A DNA stretch of 60,354 nt from an uncultured Gammaproteobacteria bacterium (GCA_964641245.1 CAZXML010000006.1:1-60354), one strand, 5' to 3'; positions 43,000 through 52,309 are shown, counted from the first letter of the stretch. The notes: generated by a model from the sequence alone, not told the origin. Numbers and translations: made by a program.

Positions 43000-44793
43000 A
43001 TGCTTGTCAAAAACACAAAAGGCTTTTTGCTTATGGAAGTTCTGGTTGCGTCCGGACTGTTTTTGTTATTTGCTATTGGAATATATGGAACAACAACTCT
43101 TGTTTTTAAAATTGTGTACTCATCTCGGTTGCGAATTTTGGAAACCGCGCTTATCAGCGAGCGCCTGGAAGTGGTTCGCAACCTGCCTTTTGATAATGTG
43201 GGAATAATTAACGGCGTTCCCAGCGGTGTTCTTCCGTACACCACCACCACTGTCCGCAACGGCGTTACATTTGTATTAATTACCACGGTTAGAAATATAG
43301 ACGACCCGTTTGACGGCACCATCACCAGTACTCCGGCCGATACTTCTCCGGCTGATTATAAATTAGTGGAAATATCCGCAATTTGTCAAAATTGCCGCCA
43401 ACTAAATTCTGTCATTCTTAGCACCAGAGTTGCCCCAAAAAACTTAGAGGGCGCCAGTCAAAACGGGGCGTTATTCATTCATGTTTTTGATTATAACGGC
43501 CTGAATATTGCGGGCGCTACCGTATCTGTCACAAATACCGCCACCAATCCGCATACTATTATTACAGATACAACCGACAATTCGGGCATGGTTCAGATTA
43601 TTGGCGCGCCAACCGGAACTCAAAGTTATCACATCCGAGTTTCAAAGGCCGGATACTCCAGCGACTATACGGTTTCATCCACCGCCCAAGTTCCCAGTCC
43701 GGTTAAGCCGCCGTCAAATGTTGTCAGTCAGTCAATTACCGAAATAAGTTTCCAAATCGATGTGGCGGGCGCTTTAAATCTAAATACCGTCAATGCCGGT
43801 TGCGCCACGGTGGCCAGCGTCCCTCTTTTAGTTCACGGCGAAAAAATTATCGGCACCAGCCCGACTTCTTATAAATTTTCACAAAGCATCACCACCAATG
43901 GCAGTGGAAATTATAATTTTTCTAACATGGAATTTGATAAATATCTTATATCCGTGTTGGGCACAACCTATGATATTGCCGGTTCAATTCCCATGTTGCC
44001 CGTAGATTTGACTCCCGGGCTGACTCAAAATGCATTCTTAATAATGCGGGCGATCAGCGGAATTTCTTTGCTGGTTCAGGTAAAAGATGCCGGTACCGGC
44101 CTGCCGTTATCCGACGCCGCCGTAAGAGTTTACAATGGAGCGGGTTATGACCAGACAATATCCACCGGAGTCGGTTATCTTCGGCAAACGGACTGGTCCG
44201 GAGGAAGCGGCCAGGTAAATTATACGGACACCGCCAAATATTTTAGCGATAACGGCAATGTTAATGTTAGTTCGGCCGGCGACATAAAATTAAAAAAAGC
44301 CGGTGGCGACTATTTAAACAGCGGATGGCTGGAATCATCCTCCATAGATTTTGGCGCGGCCGCAAATTACAACAATATTATTTTTTCGCCGCTTTCTCAG
44401 CCGTCACGAACCGGGGTTAATCCGATATCTTTTCAAATCGCAACGGCCAATTCAGAAAATCCCAACCAGTGGGTTTTTCTTGGGCCCAACGGCACATCCA
44501 CCACATATTACACAGCTACCAGCACTAATATAAACAGCGTACACAACGGCGACCGCTACCTGCGGTATAAAGTATTTTTAAACACCGCCGACGATTCATA
44601 CACCCCCACACTTTCAGAGGTTTCTTTTACCTATACCAACAGCTGTACGCCTCCGGGGCAAAGCTATTTTAACGGTTTGCCTTCCGGAGATTATACTATA
44701 GATGTCAGCCGGACAGGTTATTCCACCAAAAGCACGGCCGACACAATTACCAGCACTTCACAAATTCTAATCAACCTTTCTCCAAGCCAATAA
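43000..44793 (+). CDS. Large prepilin-type (class III signal peptide) protein; minor pilin / tip-adhesin candidate.
   Basis: MLVKNTKG|FLLMEVLVASGLFLLFAIGIY carries the G/F-x-x-x-E prepilin cleavage motif. It is followed by repeated beta-rich, carboxypeptidase-regulatory-like segments. Confidence 0.65.
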   Translation: MLVKNTKGFLLMEVLVASGLFLLFAIGIYGTTTLVFKIVYSSRLRILETALISERLEVVRNLPFDNVGIINGVPSGVLPYTTTTVRNGVTFVLITTVRNIDDPFDGTITSTPADTSPADYKLVEISAICQNCRQLNSVILSTRVAPKNLEGASQNGALFIHVFDYNGLNIAGATVSVTNTATNPHTIITDTTDNSGMVQIIGAPTGTQSYHIRVSKAGYSSDYTVSSTAQVPSPVKPPSNVVSQSITEISFQIDVAGALNLNTVNAGCATVASVPLLVHGEKIIGTSPTSYKFSQSITTNGSGNYNFSNMEFDKYLISVLGTTYDIAGSIPMLPVDLTPGLTQNAFLIMRAISGISLLVQVKDAGTGLPLSDAAVRVYNGAGYDQTISTGVGYLRQTDWSGGSGQVNYTDTAKYFSDNGNVNVSSAGDIKLKKAGGDYLNSGWLESSSIDFGAAANYNNIIFSPLSQPSRTGVNPISFQIATANSENPNQWVFLGPNGTSTTYYTATSTNINSVHNGDRYLRYKVFLNTADDSYTPTLSEVSFTYTNSCTPPGQSYFNGLPSGDYTIDVSRTGYSTKSTADTITSTSQILINLSPSQ

Positions 44794-44795
44794 AT

Positions 44796-45407
44796 ATGTT
44801 TAGCCGTTTAGACAATAAGGGTATTTCGCTCTTGGAGCTGGTAGTGGGAATAGGAATTTTTATACTGCTTTTTGGCGCGGTAATAGATATGTTTTTATTT
44901 ACCTGGAGAGGAAACGCAATCGTTTGGGAACAGCTTTCCACCCAAAATGAAGGCAGAAAGGCGACACAGGATTTCAGCAACGAGCTAAGAGAAGCGACCG
45001 CATCCAGTATCGGCGCCTATGCCATAGAGTCGGCCACTGGCACGCAGATGGTTTTTTACAGCAACATAGACGCCGATTCGTTTGTGGAAAGAGTAAGGTA
45101 TTTTGTTGCCAGCACAACTTTAAAAAAAGGGGTAATAAAACCAACAGGCAATCCGCTTACTTATAATTCCAGCACCGAGAGCATTGTTACCATTGCCAAT
45201 GATGTTGCCAACAACGGCATAACCAATGTATTTACATATTACGACAACAATTTTACCGGTTCGGAAAGTCCTTTGACAGGCGCAATTGATGTCACCAAAA
45301 TACGGGTTGTCAAAATGAGTTTAAGGTTGGAAGAAAACCCAAACCTTTCGCCGGTGCCTTTTTATATAGAATTAAAAGTAATGATAAGAAATTTGAAAGA
45401 TAATTGA
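44796..45407 (+). CDS. Prepilin-type minor pilin.
   Basis: MFSRLDNKG|ISLLELVVGIGIFILLF (G-x-x-L-L-E motif). Confidence 0.65.
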   Translation: MFSRLDNKGISLLELVVGIGIFILLFGAVIDMFLFTWRGNAIVWEQLSTQNEGRKATQDFSNELREATASSIGAYAIESATGTQMVFYSNIDADSFVERVRYFVASTTLKKGVIKPTGNPLTYNSSTESIVTIANDVANNGITNVFTYYDNNFTGSESPLTGAIDVTKIRVVKMSLRLEENPNLSPVPFYIELKVMIRNLKDN

Positions 45408-45420
45408 GTTGAGCGCAGTG

Positions 45421-45507
45421 AAGTATTAAGTATCAAGTATTATGGGGTGAACGGCCGCGTTTGTCTGCTTAATACTTAATACATAATACTTGATACATAA
45501 TAATACT
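45421..45507. repeat. AT-rich word-stutter hairpin (GTATTAAG / GTATCAAG words).
   Basis: aagtattaagtatcaagtattatg ... cttaatacttaatacataatacttgatacataataatact. Confidence 0.75.
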
Positions 45508-46917
45508 ATGCAAATAGAAAAACTTAAAAAATTAAAAAAACTATTTTCTCGCGACAGGCGCGGCAATATCCTGCTGTTCGTGATGGTTTTTGGCACTATT
45601 TGTCTTTCTATTATTATTGTGGGAGTGGCCGGATATGCTATTTCTGAAAACAGGGCGTCCTTAAAAAAACATAACAGAGAAATGGCCTTTGAGATTGCCG
45701 ACGCCGGCGCGAATTATTATCGTTGGCATTTAGCTCACGACAAAAGCGACTATTACGACGGCAACGGAACCAGCACGCCCGGTCCGTATATCCATGATTA
45801 TTACGACAAAGACGGTAACGCCATTGGACAATATTCTTTAACGATCACGCCTCCGCCGGTCGGATCATCCGTAGTCACAATAGAATCAACCGGATGGTTG
45901 AATATCCAGCCGGGTAGCCGGCGGGTGATAAAAATCAGAGTTGCTTTTCCGTCTGTTACCGACTACGCCTTCTTAACAAATAGCGACGCCTGGATCGGCA
46001 ATGAAGAAGAAGTGCACGGCCGTTTTCACGCCAATGGGGGCATTCGTTTTGACGGGACTAATGACGCTTCGGTGGCCAGCGCCGTTTTGACTTATTACTG
46101 CCAGCCAATACATGGCGGCGGATGTAATAATACATCCAAGCCGGGCATTTGGGGTGATGGCGGACCAACGGAGTTATGGAGTTTCCCTGTTCCCGCAAAA
46201 GATTTTACAGAAATCACCGCGAGTCTGGCGCAAATGAAAACAGCCGCAGAGTCGGACGGCGTTTATTTATCTTCTTCAGGTGAACAGGGGTGGGCGATAA
46301 CTTTTACGGGTGATGGCAATTTTGCCGCCCAGAAAGTTATTACCACGGATTGTTATGATACCAAGGACATTGGCGAGAAAAATTGGGTTGTGCGCTGTAC
46401 AGATGCGTCAACATACGGGCCGACCACTACTTATTCAATTCCGGCGAACGGTTTTATTTATGTAGACGATATGGTTTGGGTTAGCGGGGTAGTTAAAGGA
46501 AAAGCGACCATTGGCGTATCAAACGGTAAATCAATTACAATTGGCGGCAACATAACTTATGTTGCAAAAGACGGGACTGATGTTTTAGGGTTAATCGCCG
46601 AACAAAATATTTTGGTCGTTAAAAACTCTCCGGATGTTCTGGAAGTTGACGCGGCTTTAATCGCCCAAAATGGAGCGGCCAAAAGATATGATTATTCAGG
46701 CGGCGGCGGAGATGACAGAAAAACCAGTATTACAATATATGGATCCATAGCTTCAAATGGTATATGGACATGGAGTTGGATAAACCTGGGCGGAAATTTA
46801 GTGTCCGGGTATAGAGATACATTTGCGACCTACGACGTAAATTTAACCTACGGTCCGCCGCCCGGATTTCCAATTAGTTCACAATATAATTTGATTAGTT
46901 GGGAAGAGGTGAATTAG
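45508..46917 (+). CDS. PilX-like pilus-associated protein with an N-terminal membrane anchor.
   Basis: The start is moved to MQIEKLKK (ATG 45508). RRGNILLFVMVFGTICLSIIIVGVAGYA is a hydrophobic anchor. The gene follows two prepilin genes. Confidence 0.5.
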   Translation: MQIEKLKKLKKLFSRDRRGNILLFVMVFGTICLSIIIVGVAGYAISENRASLKKHNREMAFEIADAGANYYRWHLAHDKSDYYDGNGTSTPGPYIHDYYDKDGNAIGQYSLTITPPPVGSSVVTIESTGWLNIQPGSRRVIKIRVAFPSVTDYAFLTNSDAWIGNEEEVHGRFHANGGIRFDGTNDASVASAVLTYYCQPIHGGGCNNTSKPGIWGDGGPTELWSFPVPAKDFTEITASLAQMKTAAESDGVYLSSSGEQGWAITFTGDGNFAAQKVITTDCYDTKDIGEKNWVVRCTDASTYGPTTTYSIPANGFIYVDDMVWVSGVVKGKATIGVSNGKSITIGGNITYVAKDGTDVLGLIAEQNILVVKNSPDVLEVDAALIAQNGAAKRYDYSGGGGDDRKTSITIYGSIASNGIWTWSWINLGGNLVSGYRDTFATYDVNLTYGPPPGFPISSQYNLISWEEVN

Positions 46918-46960
46918 CCCTTGCCGACTGGTAGATTTTTGATATAATGGACAATGGTAA

Positions 46961-47088
46961 TTGTCATTGCGAGCAAAGCGAAGCAATCCCACAGTCCGTT
47001 AGTGCCAACAATGGGATTGTCCCGATAGTGAATCGAGGATCCTCGACTGCAGTCGGGACCGCGTCGCTACGGCTCCTCGCAATGACAA
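46961..47088. repeat. TTGTCAT...ATGACAA element, TTGCGAG / AATCCCA subtype, with an extra TCCCGA...TCGGGA hairpin.
   Basis: ttgtcattgcgag...gcaatccca-...-tgggattg-tcccgatagtgaatcgaggatcctcgactgcagtcggga-...ctcgcaatgacaa. Confidence 0.85.
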
Positions 47089-47113
47089 CTAGAAATTCAT
47101 AATTTATATCGCT

Positions 47114-47980
47114 ATGTCCAAAATCCGCAAGCTCGTCATCCCCGTCGCCGGCCTTGGTACTCGTTTTTTGCCAGCCACCAAAGCCCAGCCAAAAGAAATG
47201 CTGCCTATTGTGGATAAGCCTATAATCCAGTATGTGGTAGAAGACGCGGTAAGATCGGGAATTACCGATATTATTATGGTTACCGGTCCCAGCAAGCGGG
47301 CGGTGGAGGATCATTTTAGTCCTAATTACGAATTGGTTAATTTGTTAAAAAAACAGGGAAAAGAAGATCTGGCGGAAGAGGTAAAGAAAATAGCCGACAT
47401 GGCCAATTTTATTTTTATTCGCCAGAAAGGGCCGTATGGCAATGGTACGCCGGTGCTGTGCGCCAAAGATGTGGTTGGCGACGAGCCGTTTGCCGTAATG
47501 TGGGGGGACGAGTTTTTTTACGCGCCGCAAAAACCGCAACTAAAACAACTAATGGAAGTCTATGAAAAATTTGGCGAACCAGTTCTTACTGCTTACGAAG
47601 TAGATGATAAAGGAACGGAAAAGCACGGTATTATAGACGCGCTGGAGGTGGAAGAGGGTATATATAATGTAAGAAATATTATAGAAAAACCCGGGCCAAA
47701 AAAAGCGCCTTCCCGTTTGGCCAGTTTGGGCGGATTTATTTTTACCCCGGATATTTTTGAAGCTTTGGAAAATACCAAATTAGGCAAAGACGGAGAATTA
47801 TGGTTGGTAGACGCCATTTTCAAACTCTTAAAAAACCACCCAATTTATGCCAAAAAAATAGACGGCATATATTATGATACCGGCTCCAAACTCGGATACC
47901 TCAAAGCCAATGTAGATTTTGCCCTGCGCGATAAAAAATTGGCAGATGAATTTAGAAAGTATTTGCGGAGTGTGGTATAA
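47114..47980 (+). CDS. galU: UTP-glucose-1-phosphate uridylyltransferase.
   Basis: KLVIPVAGLGTRFLPATKAQPKEMLPIVDKPIIQYVVEDA. Confidence 0.9.
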   Translation: MSKIRKLVIPVAGLGTRFLPATKAQPKEMLPIVDKPIIQYVVEDAVRSGITDIIMVTGPSKRAVEDHFSPNYELVNLLKKQGKEDLAEEVKKIADMANFIFIRQKGPYGNGTPVLCAKDVVGDEPFAVMWGDEFFYAPQKPQLKQLMEVYEKFGEPVLTAYEVDDKGTEKHGIIDALEVEEGIYNVRNIIEKPGPKKAPSRLASLGGFIFTPDIFEALENTKLGKDGELWLVDAIFKLLKNHPIYAKKIDGIYYDTGSKLGYLKANVDFALRDKKLADEFRKYLRSVV

Positions 47981-48017
47981 TGGAAATGAGCGAAAAAGAT
48001 ATCAACCATAGCTTGTC

Positions 48018-49403
48018 ATGGTTTCTATGTCTAAAAAGTTATTATTAATTTTCAGTTTCATTCTAGCCTTACCTCTGGCCGGCTTTGGTTGCCAGGGTCT
48101 TTCCCAGCAACAGGTCGCGGCTACCAAACCAATTACATTGGAATTTTGGACAGTTTTTGACGATGTAGATGCTTTGCAGGCGCAGATAGCTAAATACAAA
48201 GCCGAACGTCCTTATTTAACCATCAATTTAAAGCAACTCACCGCCGGGGAGTTGTATCCGCGTCTTCTAGAGGCTCTGTCCGAAGACCATGGACCGGATA
48301 TTATTTCCGTCCGCAATCGCTGGATGCGTTTTTATCAGCCCAAATTGGCCGCCATGCCATCGGGTTTTTCCGACACCACCGTGGTTGTAAAAAAAACCAC
48401 TTTGGGCACGGAAACTATTGTTAATACGGTGGCGCAAACTCTGCCGACCGCTCTTCAGGTAGATAAAGAATATGTTCAGGCGGTTAAGAATGACGTAATT
48501 ATAGATGGCAAAATTTACGGTTTGCCCTTGTCTTTAGAAAACATGGCTTTGTTTTATAACAAAGACTTGCTGGATAAAGCGGGTGTAGCTGAACCGCCAA
48601 AAAACTGGGAAGAATTTCAGGCGGCGGTAAAAAAGCTTACCAAGTTTGATAAAAAAACCGGAAAAATTTTACAATCCGGCACTGCCATGGGAACCGGAAA
48701 CAACATTCCCGGATTTGAGGATTTGCTCTATATTTTATTCAAACAAAGCAACGTCCCTTTTGTAAATAAAAACGGCGCGGCTACTTTCCAAAGTGGTGTA
48801 CCCAATCTGGCCAACCCCGCTATGTCGGTTATGAATTTTTATACCGATTTTGCCAATTCCGCCCGCGACACCTATACTTGGAACGAAGAAATGGGTAATG
48901 CTTTAGATCAGTTTGTAAACGGTTCGCTGGGTTTTTTCTTCGGCTACAGCTATCATTATCCGGTTATCAAAGCCCGCGCCCCGCAATTAAACGTGGCTAT
49001 TTTACCAATGTTGCAACTCAATCCGGAAACTCCGGTTAATGCCGCTAATTATTGGGTGCAGACTGTTTTAGACAAATCAAAAAATAAAAATGAAGCCTGG
49101 GGTCTGCTCAACTTCTTAACCCATTCCAAAACCACCAAAGATTATCTAGACCAATCCGGCCGCCCGTCCGCTCTGCGTACCTATATAGCCGGGCAACTAG
49201 ACAACACCGAACTTTATCCATTTGTATCGCAAGTTTTAATTTCCGACAGTTGGTACAAAGGTAAAGATTACGAAACCGCCGTAAAAGCCCTAGGCGATAT
49301 GACACACGAATGGTTGTTGCCACCGGTACAGATAGGCGCGGAATTACAATACCGACAAGAAGTCTTAAATCGCGCCGCCGCGAAGTTTAATCAGAGTTTA
49401 TAG
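48018..49403 (+). CDS. ABC transporter extracellular solute-binding lipoprotein (family 1, sugar-type).
   Basis: The signal peptide is KKLLLIFSFILALPLAGFGC, with a lipobox. The 460-aa periplasmic-binding-protein length and the YGLPLSLENMALFYNKDLL block fit the family. An alternative start is at 48027. Confidence 0.65.
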   Translation: MVSMSKKLLLIFSFILALPLAGFGCQGLSQQQVAATKPITLEFWTVFDDVDALQAQIAKYKAERPYLTINLKQLTAGELYPRLLEALSEDHGPDIISVRNRWMRFYQPKLAAMPSGFSDTTVVVKKTTLGTETIVNTVAQTLPTALQVDKEYVQAVKNDVIIDGKIYGLPLSLENMALFYNKDLLDKAGVAEPPKNWEEFQAAVKKLTKFDKKTGKILQSGTAMGTGNNIPGFEDLLYILFKQSNVPFVNKNGAATFQSGVPNLANPAMSVMNFYTDFANSARDTYTWNEEMGNALDQFVNGSLGFFFGYSYHYPVIKARAPQLNVAILPMLQLNPETPVNAANYWVQTVLDKSKNKNEAWGLLNFLTHSKTTKDYLDQSGRPSALRTYIAGQLDNTELYPFVSQVLISDSWYKGKDYETAVKALGDMTHEWLLPPVQIGAELQYRQEVLNRAAAKFNQSL

Positions 49404-49427
49404 GCGATCATTCTGACCGCGCACCAT

Positions 49428-49507
49428 TTGTCATTCTGAGCATAGCGAAGAATCTCTGTCTGTTCGGCGATTGAGACAGAGATCCTTCATTACATTCAGG
49501 ATGACAA
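49428..49507. repeat. TTGTCAT...ATGACAA element, ATCTCTGTC/GACAGAGAT subtype.
   Basis: ttgtcattctgagcatagcgaagaatctctgtc-tgttcggcgattga-gacagagatccttcattacattcaggatgacaa. Confidence 0.9.
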
Positions 49508-49516
49508 TAAAAAAAT

Positions 49517-49960
49517 ATGACAAAAACTTCCAAAATTATATTTATTTTTGCAATTCTAGCCATAACTTTTTTTAATGCCGGTCAGGTTTTGGCGCAAACC
49601 GGTAGTAGCGAACTAATAGATAGTAAGTTTATTCCGCAATGCGCGCTAGAAAATCCCACTGGCGGAGAAGCGGGAAAGGCCAAAGAAGGCGAATGCCGAA
49701 ACATTAGCATCTTTGTAGTATTGCTCATACACCTCGCCAATTATTTGTTCAGCATTGTCGGCGCTTTGGCTTTGTTATTTTTTATTTATGGCGGTTTTAC
49801 CTTAATTTTATCCCGAGGCGCCACCGAGCAGGTAAAAAAAGGAAAAGATATTATGGTAGCGGCAATTATTGGGCTGGTAATTGTTTTTGGCGCCTATATG
49901 TTGGTAGGATTTTTGGGGGATGCTGTGGGGCTGAAAGGCGGCTATAAATTAACAATGTAG
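49517..49960 (+). CDS. VirB2/TrbC-like (T4SS-pilin-like) small membrane protein, paralog 1 (most divergent).
   Basis: The signal peptide ends in VLAQ. A Cys pair (CALEN...EGEC) is present. TM1 is followed by the loop YGGFTLILSRGATEQVKKGKD, then TM2 with IIGLVIVFGAY. Confidence 0.55.
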   Translation: MTKTSKIIFIFAILAITFFNAGQVLAQTGSSELIDSKFIPQCALENPTGGEAGKAKEGECRNISIFVVLLIHLANYLFSIVGALALLFFIYGGFTLILSRGATEQVKKGKDIMVAAIIGLVIVFGAYMLVGFLGDAVGLKGGYKLTM

Positions 49961-49966
49961 TAGTTT

Positions 49967-50827
49967 ATGAAAAATTTGAAAAAAAACTTAGTCAGTCGCG
50001 GATTTACAATTTTAGCTTTATTCATTTTATTTTTTATATTGCCGGTAAATAGAGCAAAAGCAGCTTGTGACCCCGCAGTACAAAGTTGCGCCCCTGTTGA
50101 TTATTACTATTACAGTGAAGACACGTTAACTAATTGTTATTGCCATTCTTTGCAAGCGGGTAGTCAGGCCGAGGCAGAAGATAAATTAGCAGGCCTCACC
50201 CCAATACCAAGGAAATGTGGTGTAGATCAGGCAGTGCCATCAGAAAGTTCGGAAACAATTCCAGAGGTAACAGAAGGAGCCTGTCCGGCAGAAGATGGTT
50301 CCACCCAACTTATCTATTATTATTGCATAGTTATTGAAGTTATCGATGATGAATCAAGTGGATCAAGTCAGCTTAGTCAGGGTAAGTGCTTGGATTTTAC
50401 CAGCACAAATGACTCCAACGCTTTTGATCAAGCGCGCACTCTTTGCGCCGGTGGTACTACCAAGTTGATAGCTAATACAGTCCAATGGGATAAAGGTAGA
50501 TGCCAATTACAGGGAGAATTGGGGAGCGAGGACAAGCCTAAAGGATCACTTGCAGAATTAAAACGTTATGCCAAATCATTAAACAAGGCAAAATTTTCCG
50601 GTCCGGTGGATGTTATCAGCCGGTTCATAAACATGCTGTTGGCATTTATTGGTTCCATATCTTTAGTTTTGTATATTTTTGCCGGATTTTTGTGGATGAC
50701 GGCTTCCGGAAATGCTGAAAAAGTAACCAAAGCAAAAAGCATAATGGTTTGGACTACTCTAGGTGTAGTGGTTATGTTGGCCAGTTACATGTTAGTAAGT
50801 TTTATATTTGATTCTTTGAAATTGTAA
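49967..50827 (+). CDS. VirB2/TrbC-like protein, paralog 2, with a ~190-aa Cys-rich N-terminal decoration.
   Basis: The signal anchor ends in NRAKA. Twelve Cys residues lie in the inserted domain. The C-terminal core is FAGFLWMTASGNAEKVTKAKSIMVWTTLGVVVMLASY. Confidence 0.6.
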   Translation: MKNLKKNLVSRGFTILALFILFFILPVNRAKAACDPAVQSCAPVDYYYYSEDTLTNCYCHSLQAGSQAEAEDKLAGLTPIPRKCGVDQAVPSESSETIPEVTEGACPAEDGSTQLIYYYCIVIEVIDDESSGSSQLSQGKCLDFTSTNDSNAFDQARTLCAGGTTKLIANTVQWDKGRCQLQGELGSEDKPKGSLAELKRYAKSLNKAKFSGPVDVISRFINMLLAFIGSISLVLYIFAGFLWMTASGNAEKVTKAKSIMVWTTLGVVVMLASYMLVSFIFDSLKL

Positions 50828-50839
50828 TTTATGTCCTTC

Positions 50840-51208
50840 ATGAAAAAGACAATTTTTATAATTATTTTAAGCCTTGCATTTATTTTTAGCATGTCTGGCC
50901 GTGCTTTAGCAGTTCCCGCGCCGGCGGATCCAAACATGGTTAAGTTAGATAATCCATTAGAAGGAAATAAAACCGAAGCCACTCAAATCATATCCAAAGT
51001 CATCACAACAGCCCTTGGCATAATCGGCGCCCTAACCTTATTAATGTTGGTGTATGGCGGGTTCCAGTGGCTCACCTCAGCCGGCAATCCGGAAAAAGTA
51101 AAAATGGGCACGCAAACTATGGTTTGGGCTATAATTGGTGTGCTTTTGGTCTTTGCCAGCTATATGTTGTTATCAACCTTTACAAATTATCTAACTGGAA
51201 AGGTATAA
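50840..51208 (+). CDS. VirB2/TrbC-like protein, paralog 3.
   Basis: The signal peptide ends in ALAVP. The core is YGGFQWLTSAGNPEKVKMGTQTMVWAIIGVLLVFASY. An alternative start is at 50831. Confidence 0.65.
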   Translation: MKKTIFIIILSLAFIFSMSGRALAVPAPADPNMVKLDNPLEGNKTEATQIISKVITTALGIIGALTLLMLVYGGFQWLTSAGNPEKVKMGTQTMVWAIIGVLLVFASYMLLSTFTNYLTGKV

Positions 51209-51281
51209 ACAGGTGTGATATAATACTAAATAATTACAAATAACGAAATATGCAAATTTCAATTCGAAAGGGGGTGAAAAT

Positions 51282-51665
51282 ATGATGAAACTGAAACAAA
51301 TGTTTGCTGTTATGGCAACCTTGTCTATATTAGCCCCGGTCGTAGTAATGGCGCAAACAGCGCCAATTACCGCAGAAGATTTAGGTATTCAATATGGCGC
51401 GGCAACAGGTTTGGGCACTAAAGATATCCGCGTTACTATAGCTTCTATTATCAAAACAGCCATGGGCTTACTTGGTATTGTGGCCGTAGTAATCGTTTTA
51501 ATCGGTGGTTTTAAATGGATGACCGCCGGTGGTAACGATGAACAAGTTGGTGAAGCCAAGAAATGGATATTTTCCGGTGTTATTGGTTTAGCAATTATCT
51601 TGTCCGCCTACGCGTTGGCGACATATGTAATTAATAGTTTAGTTACAGCTACTACCTCACCATAA
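51282..51665 (+). CDS. VirB2/TrbC-like protein, paralog 4.
   Basis: A strong RBS (aagggggtg) is present. The signal peptide ends in VMAQ. The core is IGGFKWMTAGGNDEQVGEAKKWIFSGVIGLAIILSAY. Confidence 0.65.
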   Translation: MMKLKQMFAVMATLSILAPVVVMAQTAPITAEDLGIQYGAATGLGTKDIRVTIASIIKTAMGLLGIVAVVIVLIGGFKWMTAGGNDEQVGEAKKWIFSGVIGLAIILSAYALATYVINSLVTATTSP

Positions 51666-51677
51666 TTATTTTTCCTT

Positions 51678-51706
51678 GCAGGGGGTTCGCGCGCGCAACC
51701 CCCTGC
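51678..51706 (+). terminator. GC-rich hairpin after paralog 4.
   Basis: GCAGGGGGTT-cgcgcgcgc-AACCCCCTGC. A second hairpin, CCCCGC-ttgg-GCGGGG, lies at ~51733-51748. No clear T-run follows either. Confidence 0.4.
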
Positions 51707-51777
51707 CCAGGAAAGCTCGGCACCTGTAATTCCCCGCTTGGGCGGGGTAGGGGCGGGTTGGTAGGTGTCCATTAGTC

Positions 51778-51847
51778 TGTCATTCTGAGCAGAGCGAAGA
51801 ATCTCTTAAACAATGAGAGGGATCCTTCATTTCATTCAGGATGACAA
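51778..51847. repeat. TGTCAT...ATGACAA element, short variant.
   Basis: tgtcattctgagcagagcgaagaatctct-taaacaa-tgagagggatccttcatttcattcaggatgacaa. Confidence 0.85.
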
Positions 51848-51861
51848 AACCAAAATAAAAT

Positions 51862-52227
51862 ATGACAACACTCAAAAAAATATTTCTATTTTTAGCGGTA
51901 GTGGGGTTAGTAGTTCCGTCTTTTGCATTTGCAGATGAATTTGGTTTAGATGAAGCTGCCGGGGGAACGAAATTAATACAGGTTAAAGATACGCAAACGG
52001 ATATACCGAATTTAATCGGCAACATCGTCGGCGTGGCCCTATCATTTTTAGGCGCCATATTTTTTCTTTTAATTTTATACGCCGGTTTTTTATGGATGAC
52101 CGCTTTTGGTTCGTCAGAAAAAACCGACAAAGCTAAAGGCATATTAGAGCACGCGGCTGTAGGTTTGCTGATAGTTTTGGCCGCCTATGCGATTTCCAGG
52201 TTTGTGTTTACCGCTCTAGGCGTGTAA
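51862..52227 (+). CDS. VirB2/TrbC-like protein, paralog 5.
   Basis: The signal peptide ends in FAFA. The core is YAGFLWMTAFGSSEKTDKAKGILEHAAVGLLIVLAAY. Confidence 0.65.
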   Translation: MTTLKKIFLFLAVVGLVVPSFAFADEFGLDEAAGGTKLIQVKDTQTDIPNLIGNIVGVALSFLGAIFFLLILYAGFLWMTAFGSSEKTDKAKGILEHAAVGLLIVLAAYAISRFVFTALGV

Positions 52228-52309
52228 GGTGGCAGTTCAGCTCAAACTCCAACCAACCCGTTTAATATATTTAATTTTAAACAGTTGTTGAATAATTTAT
52301 AAACTGAGT

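Noticed and set aside
47104-47314. Minus-strand ORFs overlapping the galU 5' region and the repeat at 46961-47088 (46964..47314 and 47104..47295).
   Set aside because: They read through a palindromic element and lie antisense to the strongly conserved GalU N-terminus. They show no motif support.
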